DNA of 64,000 bases from Chrysomallon squamiferum (taxonomy: Eukaryota > Animalia > Mollusca), in the NCBI GenBank assembly GCA_012295275.1, contig CM022671.1:23188001-23252000 (forward strand). The letters run 5' to 3'. Numbering within the stretch: position 1 is the stretch's first letter; every line of letters starts with the position of its first letter. The translations under genes were made by a program, and so were the position numbers. The notes beneath the pieces were generated by a model, which saw nothing but the letters and a program-made list of their open reading frames with translations, did not search any database and was not told where the DNA came from. Below, one piece after another: positions 42,249-58,276 of the stretch.

Positions 42249-43855
42249 CACAAAATTCATTCACATATTCATGTTCCATTAATACAGAAATGTGTTCGCG
42301 CACAACGTATCCGCATCCTTTTGTAAAAATTAAACAAAACAACTCATGAACGACATGTTAAACTTTATTGTGCGCCTGACACAATGTAGAAAGCTGTCGT
42401 ACAATATACCTGCGTATGCGAAACATACTGTCACGTATTTGTGATTCTTTGTATAATGATTCATGCTGAAATAAATCCTGGCATAATGTAAAAGGTTGTA
42501 ATGCGGCGCCTGTTATGCAAACTAAAACATACCGAACCAAATACGTGTAGCATTGATGACGAGTCCGATCCTGTGTGTTGATGAAATACACTGGAAATAC
42601 GTCTATAAATGTAGTATATTATTATGTATTTCATAATAATAAAGAGCGTATAAACCACAAAAACATGAAATGTAGAAAGTTATAGCTGGAATGTCTCTTA
42701 AAAAAAAAAAAAAAAAAAAATTCCGATATGAAAATTTACATAGTTTATTTTGCCGTATCTGTAAACTGAAGGAAAATTCAAACGACATGTTTAATATTAA
42801 AGGTTGTAAAATGGAATCGTTATTAAATTAAAACAATGTAAACGGACAAACGTATGATGTAAAAAGAACGTAATATCGTATATAAACTGAATTAATAATA
42901 TTGATAATTAAATAAAATGTCATAAAAAATAAATAAATAAACCAAACAAACAAATACGCAAATAAAAACAACAAGAAAAAATAACAAACAAATAACAGAA
43001 TTATAATATACATAATATAATACATAATAGAATATATATATATTCTGTCTTACAAAAATAGAACCATTCGAAAACGAAAGACATGTCTATTTTAGATCGC
43101 TATAATACCAATATCTATGTGTGACAAATTAAATAAAACTGTCCACGAGCTAGTTCTCAAAAAAAAAAAAAATAAAAAAGAAAAGAAAGAAAATAAAAAA
43201 AATCTCGACATCACGCACAGTGGCAGAAACGTGGGAACGCAAACCGCACATGTCAAGGAAAACGTCTTGCGGACAAGGCATTCTTCATTCGGGAACCGAC
43301 TTGAACGCGACAGAAGCTATCGACTTGAAGAGAAACTTGTACAGAACTCTCCTCGCTTCCACATTGTGTTCTCGCGCCCACTCGAGCTGCCCCTAGCCCC
43401 ACGAGCCCGCCAACTCCCCCGGTCAAGAGCCCTTAACGAGTGATGTCCATTGATTGTCGATGAATCTCTCCCTTCACCGCTCGGCGCGGCCTGCAACTAT
43501 TTTCTGCGAGCGCGACAACACCCAGCTTCTTGTTGCAGTTCTCAACCCTTCGGCTAGCGAGGCTTTTTTTTCCATGTGAAAAATAAATAGTAAAATTCTG
43601 AAGTCAGGCAAACACATTAAAGCAACAGTTTAATATATTTATATGTATATATATATTTTATATTTATATATAAATTCTTGTAAATTTTCTTGAAAATAAA
43701 TTAATCATTAAATAAATAAGTAAATAAATAAATTAGTAAATAAATAACGAAAGAAAGAAAGAAAGAAAGAAATAATACTATTATATTTTCCGCTATTTCT
43801 CTTTATGAAATTCTTGTTTTGTTACTTCTGTTTATTATCTTAATTTAAATTTATC

Positions 43856-43924
<69 letters not shown>

Positions 43925-44523
43925 TTTTTTAGGAACAATGTTCAAGTATTTATTAATGATAAATAAAAATAATTATAACAATAAATAAATCAAAATTATA
44001 TATTCAAATAATAATAATAATAAAACACACACACACACACACACACAGAGATATATATGTATATATATAATAAAATATATGCGGTAGTAGTCTGGATAAT
44101 ATTATATTTTCCCATCAAGATTCGAATCGGTAAACCCGTTTATTAACCAATTAAATTATACGTTTTAGTTTTTCTGTTTATCTTTAATAAATTAATCTTT
44201 ACTTGTCTTCGAAGTTAATCTGAAATATCTATATTTTTCTTTATAAAAAAATAAGAAGAAAAGAAGTGATATTTTCTAAGCACAGAACATGCTAATTTTT
44301 ATGTCATATTTGTTTTTTTTTTTTTTTTTTCTTTTCTTTCTTCTCCTTCTCAGTAAATAAAATCCTAGGAAAGAAAAGAAAATTGCAAAATTGAACATAT
44401 ATAAAATATTTTTATTATCATATTTTTTATTATTCGTTTTAAATTCTATATCTTAAAGAAAATTTTTCCCAATGAAGCAAACACAACTTTTATTGCACAA
44501 ATGGAAGAGGAAACAAGGAAATC

Positions 44524-44554
<31 letters not shown>

Positions 44555-44719
44555 CCAGAATAAAATACAGATTTATAACAAACTCATTTACATATGCGAC
44601 TTCAGGGGACACATCTCCATTTCTAAAAAAAAAAAAAAATAAAAAATAAAATAAAATAAAAAATAAAAATAAAAAACATTAATACTCGTTTCACTATAAT
44701 GGCACCCTCATGATTTTGG

Positions 44720-44755
<36 letters not shown>

Positions 44756-46471
44756 AAAAATTTTCCCCACCAGTTTCAACTGGTAATAAAAACACACACG
44801 CCATATTGTTTGCTAGTGTTTCTCGAAATCTCAAGTCGAGGTTGTGTATCTGTACTCCGAAAACGTCCGACTTGACTGTCCGACACAGATGTGTTCGAAT
44901 TATCGGAATCCCCGCGGTTTCGGTGACTTATCTTCCAATCGAATACGCGGGCAAAAAGAGATGAAAAATTTTTCAACCGTTCGTAACAATATTGCTACAA
45001 AGTGGATCACATGGCCAGAATATCACTGTCTGTACTGAAGATTAGATATAACGTTTTAAATAATTCAGCCGTGTAGAAAGATATTTTACTGTGGAAAGAA
45101 AGAAAGAAAAAAAAAAAAAAAAGAAAAAAAAAAAGAAAAAAAAGAGAGAGATAGAGAAAAAAAAGAAAAAGAGGAAGAGTTGAAAAAAGAAGTGAGTTTT
45201 ATATTCTAAACAGATGTTGATTTGGCTTACGTCTCTTTTCTAATTTAATGGTCTAACTTCATTTTATTACGAATATATCTTTATATATTATTATTATTTT
45301 TTTTAATCCATATAATATTTATCCGGGCGAGTCAGTATATATTTTTAAACCAAAATTAAATTAAACTAAAAGGAAAGAAAATGAAACGAAACGAAAATAA
45401 AATAAAATAAAATGTAACAAATATGTGATATTAATTACTAAACAATTTTAGTTATGTAAATTAGATACTAGTAATGTTTGTATAATGTTTATATTTGTTT
45501 TAGCAATTGTTTATTACCTTTTAATTAACATAACTAATATATTAATAAAATTAATAATTATATTGGTAATGTTCTTAAATAAAATGAATATTTTAAAATG
45601 GTACAAAACAATAATATTATTTAAAAAAACAAAAAAAAAACAACATCAACACCACCACCACCAACAACAACAATATTATTATTATTATTAGTAGTAGTAG
45701 TAGTATTATGATTATTGTTATTATTATTATTATTATCATTAATTTATGTATTTGCATGACTAGATATGCCTATATAATAATAAATGCTTCATAATAATTT
45801 TATTTCATGAAAATAATAATAATAATAACAACAACAACAGCAACAGCAACAAATAATTACAATTACAACAACAAAACAATGATATAACAACATTTCAATA
45901 ACAAACTAAGTTATAAAACTTAGAATTAAGAAAAAAAAAAAAAACACTCCTAACTACATCAGAGAGGTGAAAAAAAAAAAACACCGTCCATTTGGTAGCG
46001 ATATGCCGGACATGTGCGTCAACATAAAGACATTTTCTTTCTATAGCACTTGAGAGAAGTACTCGTATTAATGTAGCCACGAGTAAGTCAATACGGGAGG
46101 TCAACAGAGGGCTAGGGTTTCTCAACAGTAAGAACATATCTAGGTGTTGCGTTTCATGCATGACAATCACGGCCTTCGTGGACAGGGTATTTTTTCAACC
46201 TAGGCAAAAGATTTTTCGATATTTTTTACCCACAACGAATCATTGCAGTATGCAATGGTGTTGGTGTTGAAAATAATGAAATAATTTCATTGATCTTTGT
46301 TTAAGTTTGCTGATGCAGCTGAACATAAACTAACGTCGCGCGCGCTCGCGCACACACACATACACGCACACGTTATAAGCATGTATACGTGTATATTCAC
46401 AATATTTGAACACATTCAATCATTCGTTCACACAGACACGTAAAAGGATATAGATATAGAGACTGGTCGAT

Positions 46472-46603
<132 letters not shown>

Positions 46604-48215
46604 GAATAATGTTGCATGTTTTGCAGTTTGTTCGGTAAAAGAAATATCTATCAGTTTTGAATAGTACGATAATTAACAAGGTTATGTTAGGAACAGAGAT
46701 ACCTGGAATATCGTGTTTTAATTTTAATTTTTAAATGAGTTAATAATCATAATTTTTTTACAGTAAATTGTTTATTCCTAAGAGGTGACTTAAAAATAAA
46801 TTTCAGTATTATAGCGTATTACGTTTTAGATGAAAAATCGTTATGCAAGAAAGAATTTGCAATCAAGGAAGTAAATAAATAAATAAATAAATAAATAAAA
46901 TATTAAGATTTGAAAATAAAAATAAAATATACTATAAAATATTTAAAATATATATTTTATGAAATAATCATATTAAAAAAAACCTGATTAAATTTTATAT
47001 TCAAAATCTGTATTTGTTAAAAGCATATTACAAAATAATGAGAATAAAATTGAATTTATAAGCAGATTTTTGCAGATTCTTACCTTCGTCAAAAATATCT
47101 CTACCTACATAATATTATAAACAATTATTTTTGAAACATAACATCGACCAATTCTTTTAAAAAAAAATGTAATGGATTTCTGCTTATTAACAATTATTTC
47201 AGACTTCCCATGTTAGCGAATTGAGAATATTTTGCAATATATTTAAATCAGTTATATACACACACATACACACAGGCATACAGATTTATATATTTATTTA
47301 TATTTATATATAATTATTATATATAATCAGTTTAATTTGGTGTTTCGTTATTAGTTATTTTCTAAACAAAGTAATAGTTAAACATTTTATAACGTTGTAT
47401 AGAGTTTGTTAATTCAGTTCATCTAAATATTTTAATAGAAAACATTACTTGGAAGTATATATTATAATGATATTCAAATATTATGTTGTTACTGACTAAA
47501 TGTGATTATTTTGTAACCTTATTAATTAAGTAAAAAGATAGTTTACATGAATAATTTCCATAGTCAGTTTCTCTTTGTCCGTCTGTCTATCTATATGTTG
47601 TGTGTATGTCTGTCCTCCTGTTTATCTATCCATAGACATACACAAACATGTACATATATTTATAAACGAAACCGACAAACGCGTTAGGTATAAGCGCTTG
47701 GTGTATATTTCAAATATATGATGTTTGTTACTTCCTTGCACATAAAGCATATATCATTTCTTATACTTCATAAATGTTTGAGTGTTTTAACCAACAGCGC
47801 ATTCAGTCATCAATTAACAACAACCGAATGGTAGATAAGAACTTGTGTTTAATTTGTTAATAATGTTTCTGTCAAACAATTTTAAAATGCCCTTTCAGGT
47901 CGCCGTTGTTAAATTACTGTATATACTGATACTGAATAAAAAGTTTACATATGCAAATATTCAACACAATTATGTTAATTTTCGGTAATTAACTGCGTTT
48001 TATTATGTATTTTGCCAGTCAAGGCCACTCGATAAAAAATAATAATAACATAAAATTGTTTAACAGATGTTTTAACTTATTTAAGGCGAGAAAGAAAAAT
48101 ATATATCTTTGAACAATGGTTAAATTATGAATACAGTTATTCAGAGGCGCGGCAACAAATCATCTTTGACATTCAGAACAATAAAACCAGAAAACAGACC
48201 TTCATTTTATCATTA

Positions 48216-48279
<64 letters not shown>

Positions 48280-48338
48280 TAGAAAACCAAAAATTCAGAT
48301 GTTAATTATAATAACAAGATGACGATGACGATGATAAT

Positions 48339-48378
<40 letters not shown>

Positions 48379-48548
48379 TTAGTTTGTTAATTTACTTATT
48401 TATTTATCTGAATATACAAACATTTTAGCCAGTGAATATAATTATATGAGAAATTAAATAATCCTTGGATTTTTTTTGAAAATGGGGAGGCGTTGAAACA
48501 AAAAGCAGTTAACATCAATTAATAAATAATTGCTGCTGTTGCTACTAT

Positions 48549-48579
<31 letters not shown>

Positions 48580-49984
48580 GCTACTACTACTGATGATGAT
48601 ACTACTACTACTAATAATATATATAGACATTAAAATTATCTTCTTTGACACAGAAGGAATAATGTACATTAACAAAACAACAGGAACTGGTGTTGTTAAT
48701 AAATTATTATTTTAATAAAGGAAGCGAGGTGATAGACTCGAGCATATTAGAAACGACAGGGTTTTAGAAGTGATGCTAATTAGTAGGGTAGTTTTGGAAG
48801 GCTGGCAAAAGAGCACCTGAAGAAATTGTCTTCACAGACCGTGTCGAAGCATGTTGCCAATGCCTCTGTGAACACACTTCAAAGTGTGACAGAGTCCGGT
48901 TTAGACAAGTGCAAAACAGAAATAATAACTCTATAACGAAAACAAAGATGAAAGGAAAAGGAAATTAAAAGCGAAAATTTTCTGTTCGTGTAATATATAT
49001 ATATATATGTACATATATGTGTGTGTATGTATGTATATATATATATATAGTTAGATAGATAGATATAGATATAGATATAGATATATCATACATATATCAG
49101 TTTATATATGTGTGTATGTATGTATTGTGCGTGTGCGTGTATGTATTTGTGTATGTAGCTGTATGTATTTGTGTATGTAAAGAAATGTATAATACATTAC
49201 ATACATACATACATAAGTCTGTAGACAAATACGTATATTCCCGACTAAGTACATAAATTATTTATTTATTTCTTTATTTTTAAATATGTTCTGTATGTGT
49301 ATCTATACATAATTATTAGTTGTGCATACGTGTATGTGTACGTGTGTGTGTGTGAGTGTGTGTGTGTGTGTATGTGGGTGTGCGTGCATTTTAAACAACA
49401 TTAAGAAAAACGAATTCTGTTGATAGCCAAATTAATCTAAATTTTCATATGGTTACTAATTATTGTTTACAAAATATTTGTGTTTATATTTTTATATATA
49501 TATATATTTCCTTTTTCTTCTTTTCTTTATTAATCTGTCAGTTTTATTCACTCATTCATTCATTTATTCACTCATTTCTAGGAAAGATTATTTAAATATT
49601 TACATTATTTTATATGTTTATGATTTTCATGTCTGTAAGTTATGAATTTTTAATTTCATATTCATAATAGATGCGATAAATATTCCGTTATAAGAATTAT
49701 ATTAGAGAGGTTGTGCATTGATTAATTTTTTTATATATAAACTGTAGGGTTTTCATTTCACTTTTTGAAATAAAATGGAAATATGCCCAATCGGGAGGTG
49801 TCTGAATAAAAACATAGAATTATACCAAATTGAGAAAATCAAGTAGAGGAATATTCTTAGCTCATTTTGATCACATAAATGTATAAAGAAAAAAAATTTA
49901 CATCAAAATTTTTAACAGATTTATTTAGCGTTTTCTTTTCTTACAACTTTGCTATTTTGTTCTTTCTTTTCTTTATATTATATC

Positions 49985-50026
<42 letters not shown>

Positions 50027-50387
50027 GTTAAGTAGATCTTTTAATATATTTTTTACATTATAATACTAGTAAAATAAATAAGTAAGTAAGTAAGTAAGTA
50101 AATAAATAGATAAATAAATAAATAATACACATCTACTGCATTTTGTAATATATTACAGATGAGACTTAAATCGGTTACATGTACATATTTACGAATATTC
50201 ATTCCTGCAGAGCTAAAAACAGTTAATTTTAAATTAAAGAAATTTATTCCGGTTTAATTTTGTTTATTTACTTTTCATTTATTTGTTACGGTCTAATTAT
50301 ATTTTTGGTATTGTTTGCTTTCTTTCATTTATACATGAAATTCTTTTGTCGAATTTCTATATATTTATTTATTTACTTGTTAAATAT

Positions 50388-50388
50388 A

Positions 50389-50457
<69 letters not shown>

Positions 50458-50607
50458 GTATCTATCTATCTATTTATCTATCCATCTATCCGTCTGTCGG
50501 TCTGTAATGTATCTATCTATTTTTCCATCTATATCTCTATCTCGCTCGCTATCTTTCTCTATATCGATATATTTATATATCTGTAAGTCTGTCTATCTGT
50601 CTATCTG

Positions 50608-50686
<79 letters not shown>

Positions 50687-50765
50687 GTTGTAAATTCACC
50701 CTTCATATTTATACGAATAATTAGAGTACTTTTTTCACAATCAGGCTATTTCAATATTAACAGTA

Positions 50766-50842
<77 letters not shown>
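50388..50842. repeat. (TCTG)n/(TCTA)n tract and (CA)n microsatellite
   Basis: Directly visible; (CA)n at 50769-50842. Confidence 0.95.
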
Positions 50843-50844
<2 letters not shown>

Positions 50845-51183
50845 TATGGTGACATTAAGAGAGTGCGAATTCCATGATTCCATGATTTATTCTTTTTTGT
50901 GATTACTAAGTTCATTTTTTATATTCACCTTCGTTCGTGTGACAGTTGTTGGAACAGGAAATAAAGGCAATAAGGAAAAGGATTAATATCGTTAAAAAAA
51001 AAAAAAGTTGAACTCTTCACTAGAAAATATCGATATTTTTTTTATTTTTCATTTCAATTTCAATTTTAATTTTAATTTAATTTTATTTAATTTAAAATTC
51101 ATTTTTTTTATGTTTATTTTATTTTGTTTTGTTTTACTTTATATTATTTAATCTCATTTATTTCACTGGTATTATTATTATTA

Positions 51184-51227
<44 letters not shown>

Positions 51228-51341
51228 TATTTTCGTCCTCATCTGTTATGTAAGTTAACATGACATTTTGTCCAGACCACCATGACGTTCTATTTTTTCC
51301 TTTTTCTTCTTCTTCCCCTTGTATTCTTTTTCTTCTTTAAC

Positions 51342-51373
<32 letters not shown>

Positions 51374-52441
51374 AAATTTAAAAAAAAAAAAATATTTCTT
51401 GACAGGTTGCGAATTTTTCCACCCTTTTGTATACGAAAACGTTCGCTCTTTGTGCCTTCTCCCCGGGAAGCTGTTCCATTATTTCGACCCGACCTCATCG
51501 GTTGAGTTATTTTAAGACCTACCTACCGAGGTACATAAAATGTTTATGGACGTGTAATGCTTTGTAAGAGAGCGATTGAAGAAAGATTTGAACAGCGATA
51601 AACGCAGAACGTGTGTGTGTTTGTGTGACTCGGTGGCTTGGTCAGAAAACGGGCGAGCACTTAAGGAAGGCGAGCGTTCGCTACCCCCACCGTGCGCTGG
51701 TCGATTTTAACGTTGCCGCAGACAAAGGCAAGCGACAAATTGCGAGCGATTTATTTAGGTAATTTTCTCAGAGTTTTCCCGTCTCAGTGCGTTTTACTGT
51801 ATCTTTCCGTCGGCCATTAAAATCATATTTTCTTTGATGGTATTTGTTGTTTGCATGTAGTCGAGTGAAGTTATCACTTAATGTGTAATATAGTATATCA
51901 TAATTTACACTGTGTAATTTTATGGCATTGTGCTTTCCAGCGATGAACGAATTTATGTGGTACACCCGCAGAGGTACATTCATACAAGAAATACATACAT
52001 AAACACACAATGTGTGCATGTGTGCAAGGGTACGTACATACACATACGTACATGCATACATACATATAAATATATACGTACATACATATACGCAGATCCC
52101 AGTGAATATGTACGTATGTAACCACAGTTAAACTGTGCATAAAATAAAGCATATAAAATGGAACAAAAACAAAGACGAAACATCAAACTGTCTGTCAGAT
52201 GACATTGTTTGCAAATGTTACTAACAATGTCCATCAAACTAAAATAAGTAAAAAAAAAAAAAAAAAAAAAAAAAATTCAAAAAATTCAAAAAGCGGAAAC
52301 CGGAAATTTTTGACGGATTTGCATAATTTAGGAATAATTATGTGCTTGTATTAATATTCATGTTGCCTATTTTCTAATTTTTTTCCTTAATGTCTACTCA
52401 CACTGTGAATATTGTTTTTGAATGAGTAGCTAGTAGAGTAT

Positions 52442-52575
52442 CGTTACTGTAAATGTATCTATCCTTCTTTCTTTCGTATTAATAGCTGTTTATTCCACAC
52501 ACACACACACACACACACACACCGTTACTGTAAATCTATCTATCTTTCTTTCTTTTGTATTAATAGCTTGTTTAT

Positions 52576-52619
<44 letters not shown>
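52442..52619. repeat. Tandem duplication of a ~55-bp unique segment plus (CA)n tail
   Basis: CGTTACTGTAAAT(G/C)TATCTATC(C/T)TTCTTTCTTT(C/T)GTATTAATAGCT..TTTATTC followed by (CA)n, present twice. Confidence 0.9.
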
Positions 52620-52620
<1 letters not shown>

Positions 52621-54306
52621 TTATATATAAATTATTTATAAATATGTGAGTGTGTATTTATATGTGACTTCAAAGCAATGCTTGTATATTCTTTAATAAT
52701 TACAGATAAAAACTGCTATGCAAAATTAAATGCAATTTCAAAAATATTCATTTAAATGTAAGTTCTCGAATTACGAAAAATGTTTTCAGATAGCTGAGCT
52801 AAAATAAAGCCAATAAAAATATATTTATAATTATAAAATAAAAATATTTCTTCGTGGAAAAATACAGCAATCCCAAAAAAATAAAGAAATTAAAATTAGA
52901 TCTTTAAACATATTTTACATAAAAAAAACATAATTTAGTCACTTTCTATATTGCTTTAAATAAGACATTTCCAGAAAGCAACTGGGATTTTTTACTATTT
53001 TTTTTTATTTTTTTATTTTTTTATTTCTTTGTGAATACGAACGTTCAAGTTAAAAAAAGAAGAAAAAAAAACGGCTTGAAAATAACAAAGGAATATCTTC
53101 AGTTCGACAGTTAATTTTTGCGAACCTATGGCGCAGTATTCCTCATTGCCTCTTTTCCTTTCAGCTATCAGCTGCTGTTTAAATACACATTTTGCAGGTT
53201 ATAAATTTCTGTATAGAGCATAAAACAAATGAAGACATTAAAATTAAAAAATATGAATTTAAAATATTTGTTTACTATCTCTTCTTCTTTAAAGCATTTT
53301 TTTGTTGTTGTTGTTGTTGTTAAAGCTATAATTTAACATACAACAAACTCGAAATATATCTTCCATAGCAGTCTCTTTACTTTTTCAACGAACTGCAATC
53401 AAAATGTATTGGGGATTAATTCCAGTTACTGCAGTAAGTGAATACATGTTCATCCAATTGCTATTATCGATAGTGTGAATTCTTGCAGCAAAAACAACAA
53501 GCTTTTTTTTTTTCCCCTTTTTCTTCTTCTTTCTTTTAATTTGGTTTAAATTTAAATTAGATGCAGTCACGGTAACGACAACCGAAATAGTAAAACAGTT
53601 CCGAATCCTTGACTTTTATCTCGTACGTTAAGTCAAGACTTTAAAAATTTTATGGACATGCGACCACCTTTCTGTAACCCCCGCCAGACGTCTAAAAATC
53701 CGCGGTTTATGTAAAAATGCTGGCACAGAGTTTTACTAAATAGCCCTTGCCTTCCCCCTTCTGAATGAATTTCTTTTGTAACGAAAGACAAGACTGAAAG
53801 ATTCTTATTACATTTTCACTTCAATTATCCACAATGGTGATTACTTGAAATAAAAAAAAAAAACTGGAAAAATTAAAAAAAAGATATATCCCAAATTTAT
53901 GGTGTAAAATCCTCGAGATTTTTTTCAGAATAATAATAATAAAAAAAAAAAAAATTTATGCAGCGTTATTTTAAAACTCCTTTTTTTTTCATACTACTAC
54001 TTTTCGTATGTTTATATAGGACAACAAAATCGGGTAGGCGAAGACATATTGGATTACGTTAAAATAATGAAAAAGCAGATGCAGGGTAAGCTGTTAAAGG
54101 TAACAACAAAGCCCATAAATTATGATTACTAAGAGAGAAAAAAAGTGGAGAAGGGAAAGTGGGTGTGTTTATTTGTTCTTGTGTTTCTGCTAATGTTTAA
54201 AATATTTTAAAAACAGAACAAAAATCGCCTCCCATGTTCAGACATCCACGTTTTGCTTTCTCACTCATTTCTTTCTTCTTCCTTTTCCTCCTCTTCCATC
54301 TGCCTG

Positions 54307-54308
<2 letters not shown>

Positions 54309-54392
<84 letters not shown>
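54309..54392. repeat. (CT)n microsatellite
   Basis: Directly visible. Confidence 0.98.
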
Positions 54393-54398
<6 letters not shown>

Positions 54399-57300
54399 TT
54401 TCATACAATCCACTTAACGCCTGTTTAACACAATTAACTTAAACAACTTATCACCTTATCGGTAACGCAAATTTAATTGGTACTATAAATTAACGGCCGT
54501 GCACCGAATTCGTAATCGCGTTGTAGTTCACTTAAACTGTCCACTGAATTCGTAATGACGGATTTGAGGCGCAGAAAATTAGGTGACGTGCGCGCGACTG
54601 CTTGTGTGCGCGCACGCGTGGAGGAATTAACGCAACCTGCTTTAAAGTTAGTTATGGAACGAAATGCAATTCTTCTGAATGTCATTACGTGGTGTGGGCA
54701 GATTTCTTCTTCTTCTTTTTTTTTTTTTTTTTTTTTTCTTAGTAATATCTTCGTTCTGTTTCTTTTGCTTCCTCTTGCTTTGAGCACACAAGCCGCAGAA
54801 TTCAATTGCTGGCGATAATGGCTCAAAGGAGTTGTTTAGAAAGTTTGATAACTGAAAACAAGTGCCTAAATATCTCTGGAGAGGACATGACTGAAAGAAC
54901 AGCTGTGTACAATAAACGAGAGTTTTTTTTCTGTTTTTTTTTACTTCATCGTATAGGTATTCCTCTTACGTCAAGCTGAAGAGCTTTTAATAAACTAACA
55001 AACAAACAAACAAATAAATAAAATAAAATAAAAAAAATTCAGTAAATTAATAAATAAATATTTCACTAATCAGATAAAATTAATATTTAAATAAATGTTA
55101 CGATAATCTTATAAATATAGTTATTCTGTTAATATTCAACAGCTGTTATAAAAATAATGTATTTATTTATTATTTTGTTATTTACTGTCCAGTTAGAAGG
55201 TAATATTAGAAGAAATATGGAGAGTTTTGATTTTGATTTTTTTTCTTTCATACATGCGTACATACATACAAACGCAAGCACAAGTACACACACAGAGACA
55301 TATACAAATATATGCAAAAGATGTTAGTAATTTCATAATAATAGTTAAAAATACAGATAGTAGTTTTTCATTGCATATTTTGCATAATACAATATTATCA
55401 TAATTAAATGGAGATTCTTGAATATCAGCAGAAGACTGTACTCAAGTTTCTCTATTCTTTTTTTTAAAACTAATACATGATATCTCTGTAATAGGGAGGA
55501 CCTCTGTCAGTAGAAAAAGGCTTCTGTTTGAATAATAACTTTCAGCCATCAGGCTATTAAAACATTAATTATTTTTTAAATAAACATATGTACGTGATTT
55601 ATGTTCCACACATAAACCGTCTTTAGTTAAGCAAAACTTTCACAAACCAGACACACACACATATATATTTTATCAGAGCTTGAAATAGTCAGCAACAGCA
55701 AAAATGAAATTTTAAAAACAAAAGAGGCCTACAATTTTTTAGATGTTTTTTTTTTTAACACAGTTGTATTTGTAAAAAAAAAAACTCAGACAAAAACATA
55801 ACCTCGGACTATTGTTCGTGGCAAATTGGAATTTTCGAACAAAAGTACAAAGTCAAGCCTTGAGGGAAATCTACGTTTTGTTGGTCTGTGGGCGAGAGAG
55901 GGGGATTTTTCAATCTGTAAATCAAAGATTGGCTGGCGCTCTGCTGTGGGAATACGAGGAGAAAGACAAACCGTTTGGGAAGCTGAAGAGGAGTCAAATC
56001 GCATTGAACATGGATCTCGTCATCGATTCTTCTTTGAAACGAGATACCGTCATCACGCCTGGGAGACTTAGCCCGTTTGAAACCAGAATTGTCCTCCGAT
56101 ATCGGAACTGCCAGCCCAGATTTACACTAACGCAGGCCCGTGTTTGCACTGGCCTCTCGCGTTTGTTGGACGTATTAACTCGTCGATTCCTGTCAAGTAT
56201 ATAATACAAAATCAATGCCGAAATAATAGCGGTGCTTCAACCGTCGAAAACCCAAAACCGGTCCTTCCACATGGTCTAATAACCTGTACTCCTTAGTTCC
56301 CATAATTCCAAGTAATTTTCAAACTGATCGTTTAATTAGTGGCCTCGGATCATGCGCAGGGATTGGAGGTTGGGAGGGGGGGGGAAAGACTTTGACTTGA
56401 GTCTAGAATAAACAGCAACCGAAGGTTGAAATAACTTGACCTTACGAAGTTATGCTATATTTATGAACACGGTTATGAATAAATGATATCATTACTTCTC
56501 AAATTTTTTTTTTTTTTTTTTTACTTCGACATTTTTGGTCTGCTGACAGACTGGATGTCTTGAGAAAGAACGTAATGATAAAAACATTGTGACATGACTT
56601 TTTGTATTATGTTACATTTAACGTCAATCAAAGCTGCCATTTGGTTGTCCAAAAAATATACTTTATATTTCTTTCCTTCATGTTTTGTGGCTCTATTACA
56701 CAGTTCCCTGTTTCAAAAAAATAAAAAATAAAAAATAAAAAAAAAAATAAAAAATAAAATAAAAAATAAATTAAAATAAATAAATTAATGAGATTATTTT
56801 AACTTTTTCACTTTTGACATTAATATTTTGTTTTAATGGGTTTTATCTCGACATGTTCGAGGGTGCGTTTTATTTTATTTTATGTATTCTAGCATATATA
56901 TCAATATGTGAGCGTCTGTGTGTGTGTTTGGGCGTGGGTGTGTATGTGTGTGTATGTGAATGGCGGTGTGTGTGTGTGTGTGTTTTTTTTTTCATTATTG
57001 TTTTGCGCGTATATTTGTATGGGGTGCTTGAATAGTTATGCCAAGAAAATACTGTTAACCATTACTAATGTTTTACTATATTACATTCCGTTCTCTTCCC
57101 CACCCTATCTGCTTTCATTAAGCGCGAGTGAAAACGCTCTTACTATTCGATAATTCATAGCGTGTTGGTTTCGTTCTGCCAAACAGCCATAATTATAATA
57201 TGGTTTGTTATTGCGGTATAATTTAATGAGTTTGCGTCAGGCGTGTTTGTTTTGCTGTTCTAAGAGGAATTCATGGAGATTTTTTTTTTTCTCCCCAGTA

Positions 57301-57837
57301 CTTCTGCCAAGTCCTTTTATTTTCATTTCTGCGACTCGGGCCATTCGGCTTGTTTTGGTTTCTCATGCTTGCGTCTGCGCCGCTTGTTTGTTTTGAAGAC
57401 AAGGGTGTGTGCATGAGAGAGAGAGAGAGGGGGGAGAGGGGGGGGGAGGGGAGGGGGAGGGCAGTGCAGTGATTGTCCTCGTTATTCAAGTATTCAAGAG
57501 AAAAATACGGGCCAGTGCACGACACAAAAGATTTCTGCTGACTGTTCCATCTGATGTCAGTGCGTTTTTTTGGTGATCTCTGATACGGGATAGGAAAGCA
57601 GTGTCGCGCGAGTTTGTGATCGCTATCGCGTTTCTTCTCGTGGCACGTGGACAGCTGTTGTCGGATGCGCTGATGTGCGGACGGTCAACGCGTTTCACGC
57701 GGACACAGTCTCCTCCTCGTCTTCTGACTCACGCTGAAAAACCATTGTCATAAAGTCGCTGAGGATTGAGTGCGAAGATAAACTCTTTGCTTGACAAACA
57801 AAAAAATAAGATCGAAATGTTGATGGAGATTTTGCAC

Positions 57838-57847
57838 CACACACACA

Positions 57848-57934
<87 letters not shown>
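57838..57934. repeat. (CA)n microsatellite
   Basis: Directly visible. Confidence 0.97.
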
Positions 57935-57938
<4 letters not shown>

Positions 57939-58223
57939 ACAGACCCAAAGAATAATTTATTAACTGATTGTCGCTTTTAGCAAAAACAGTATTATCCGAA
58001 GACAGAAATTTGCTTGAACCGAAATTATTTTTTTTTTAAATATAACTTGTGTTTGTATATTTATTCTATTTAGATATGAATAATTGCATTGACTAAAAAA
58101 ATGTATTTTCTTTCCTTATTTATTGTTTTCGTATTAAAACAAGATCCCCTAATTTTAATAATAAATGAACAAATAAATAAATACATTAATGATAATATTA
58201 ATCAACAACAACAACAATAACAC

Positions 58224-58276
<53 letters not shown>

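Noticed and set aside
51406-51515. Phase-1-compatible alternative terminal exon (GCEFFHPF...ELF*)
   Set aside because: The acceptor is preceded mostly by poly(A) with a short pyrimidine tract, and the peptide resembles nothing I recognise.
55812-56215. Overlapping ORFs as the homeodomain exon
   Set aside because: No homeodomain or Lhx motifs; open frames on both strands are explained by higher GC.
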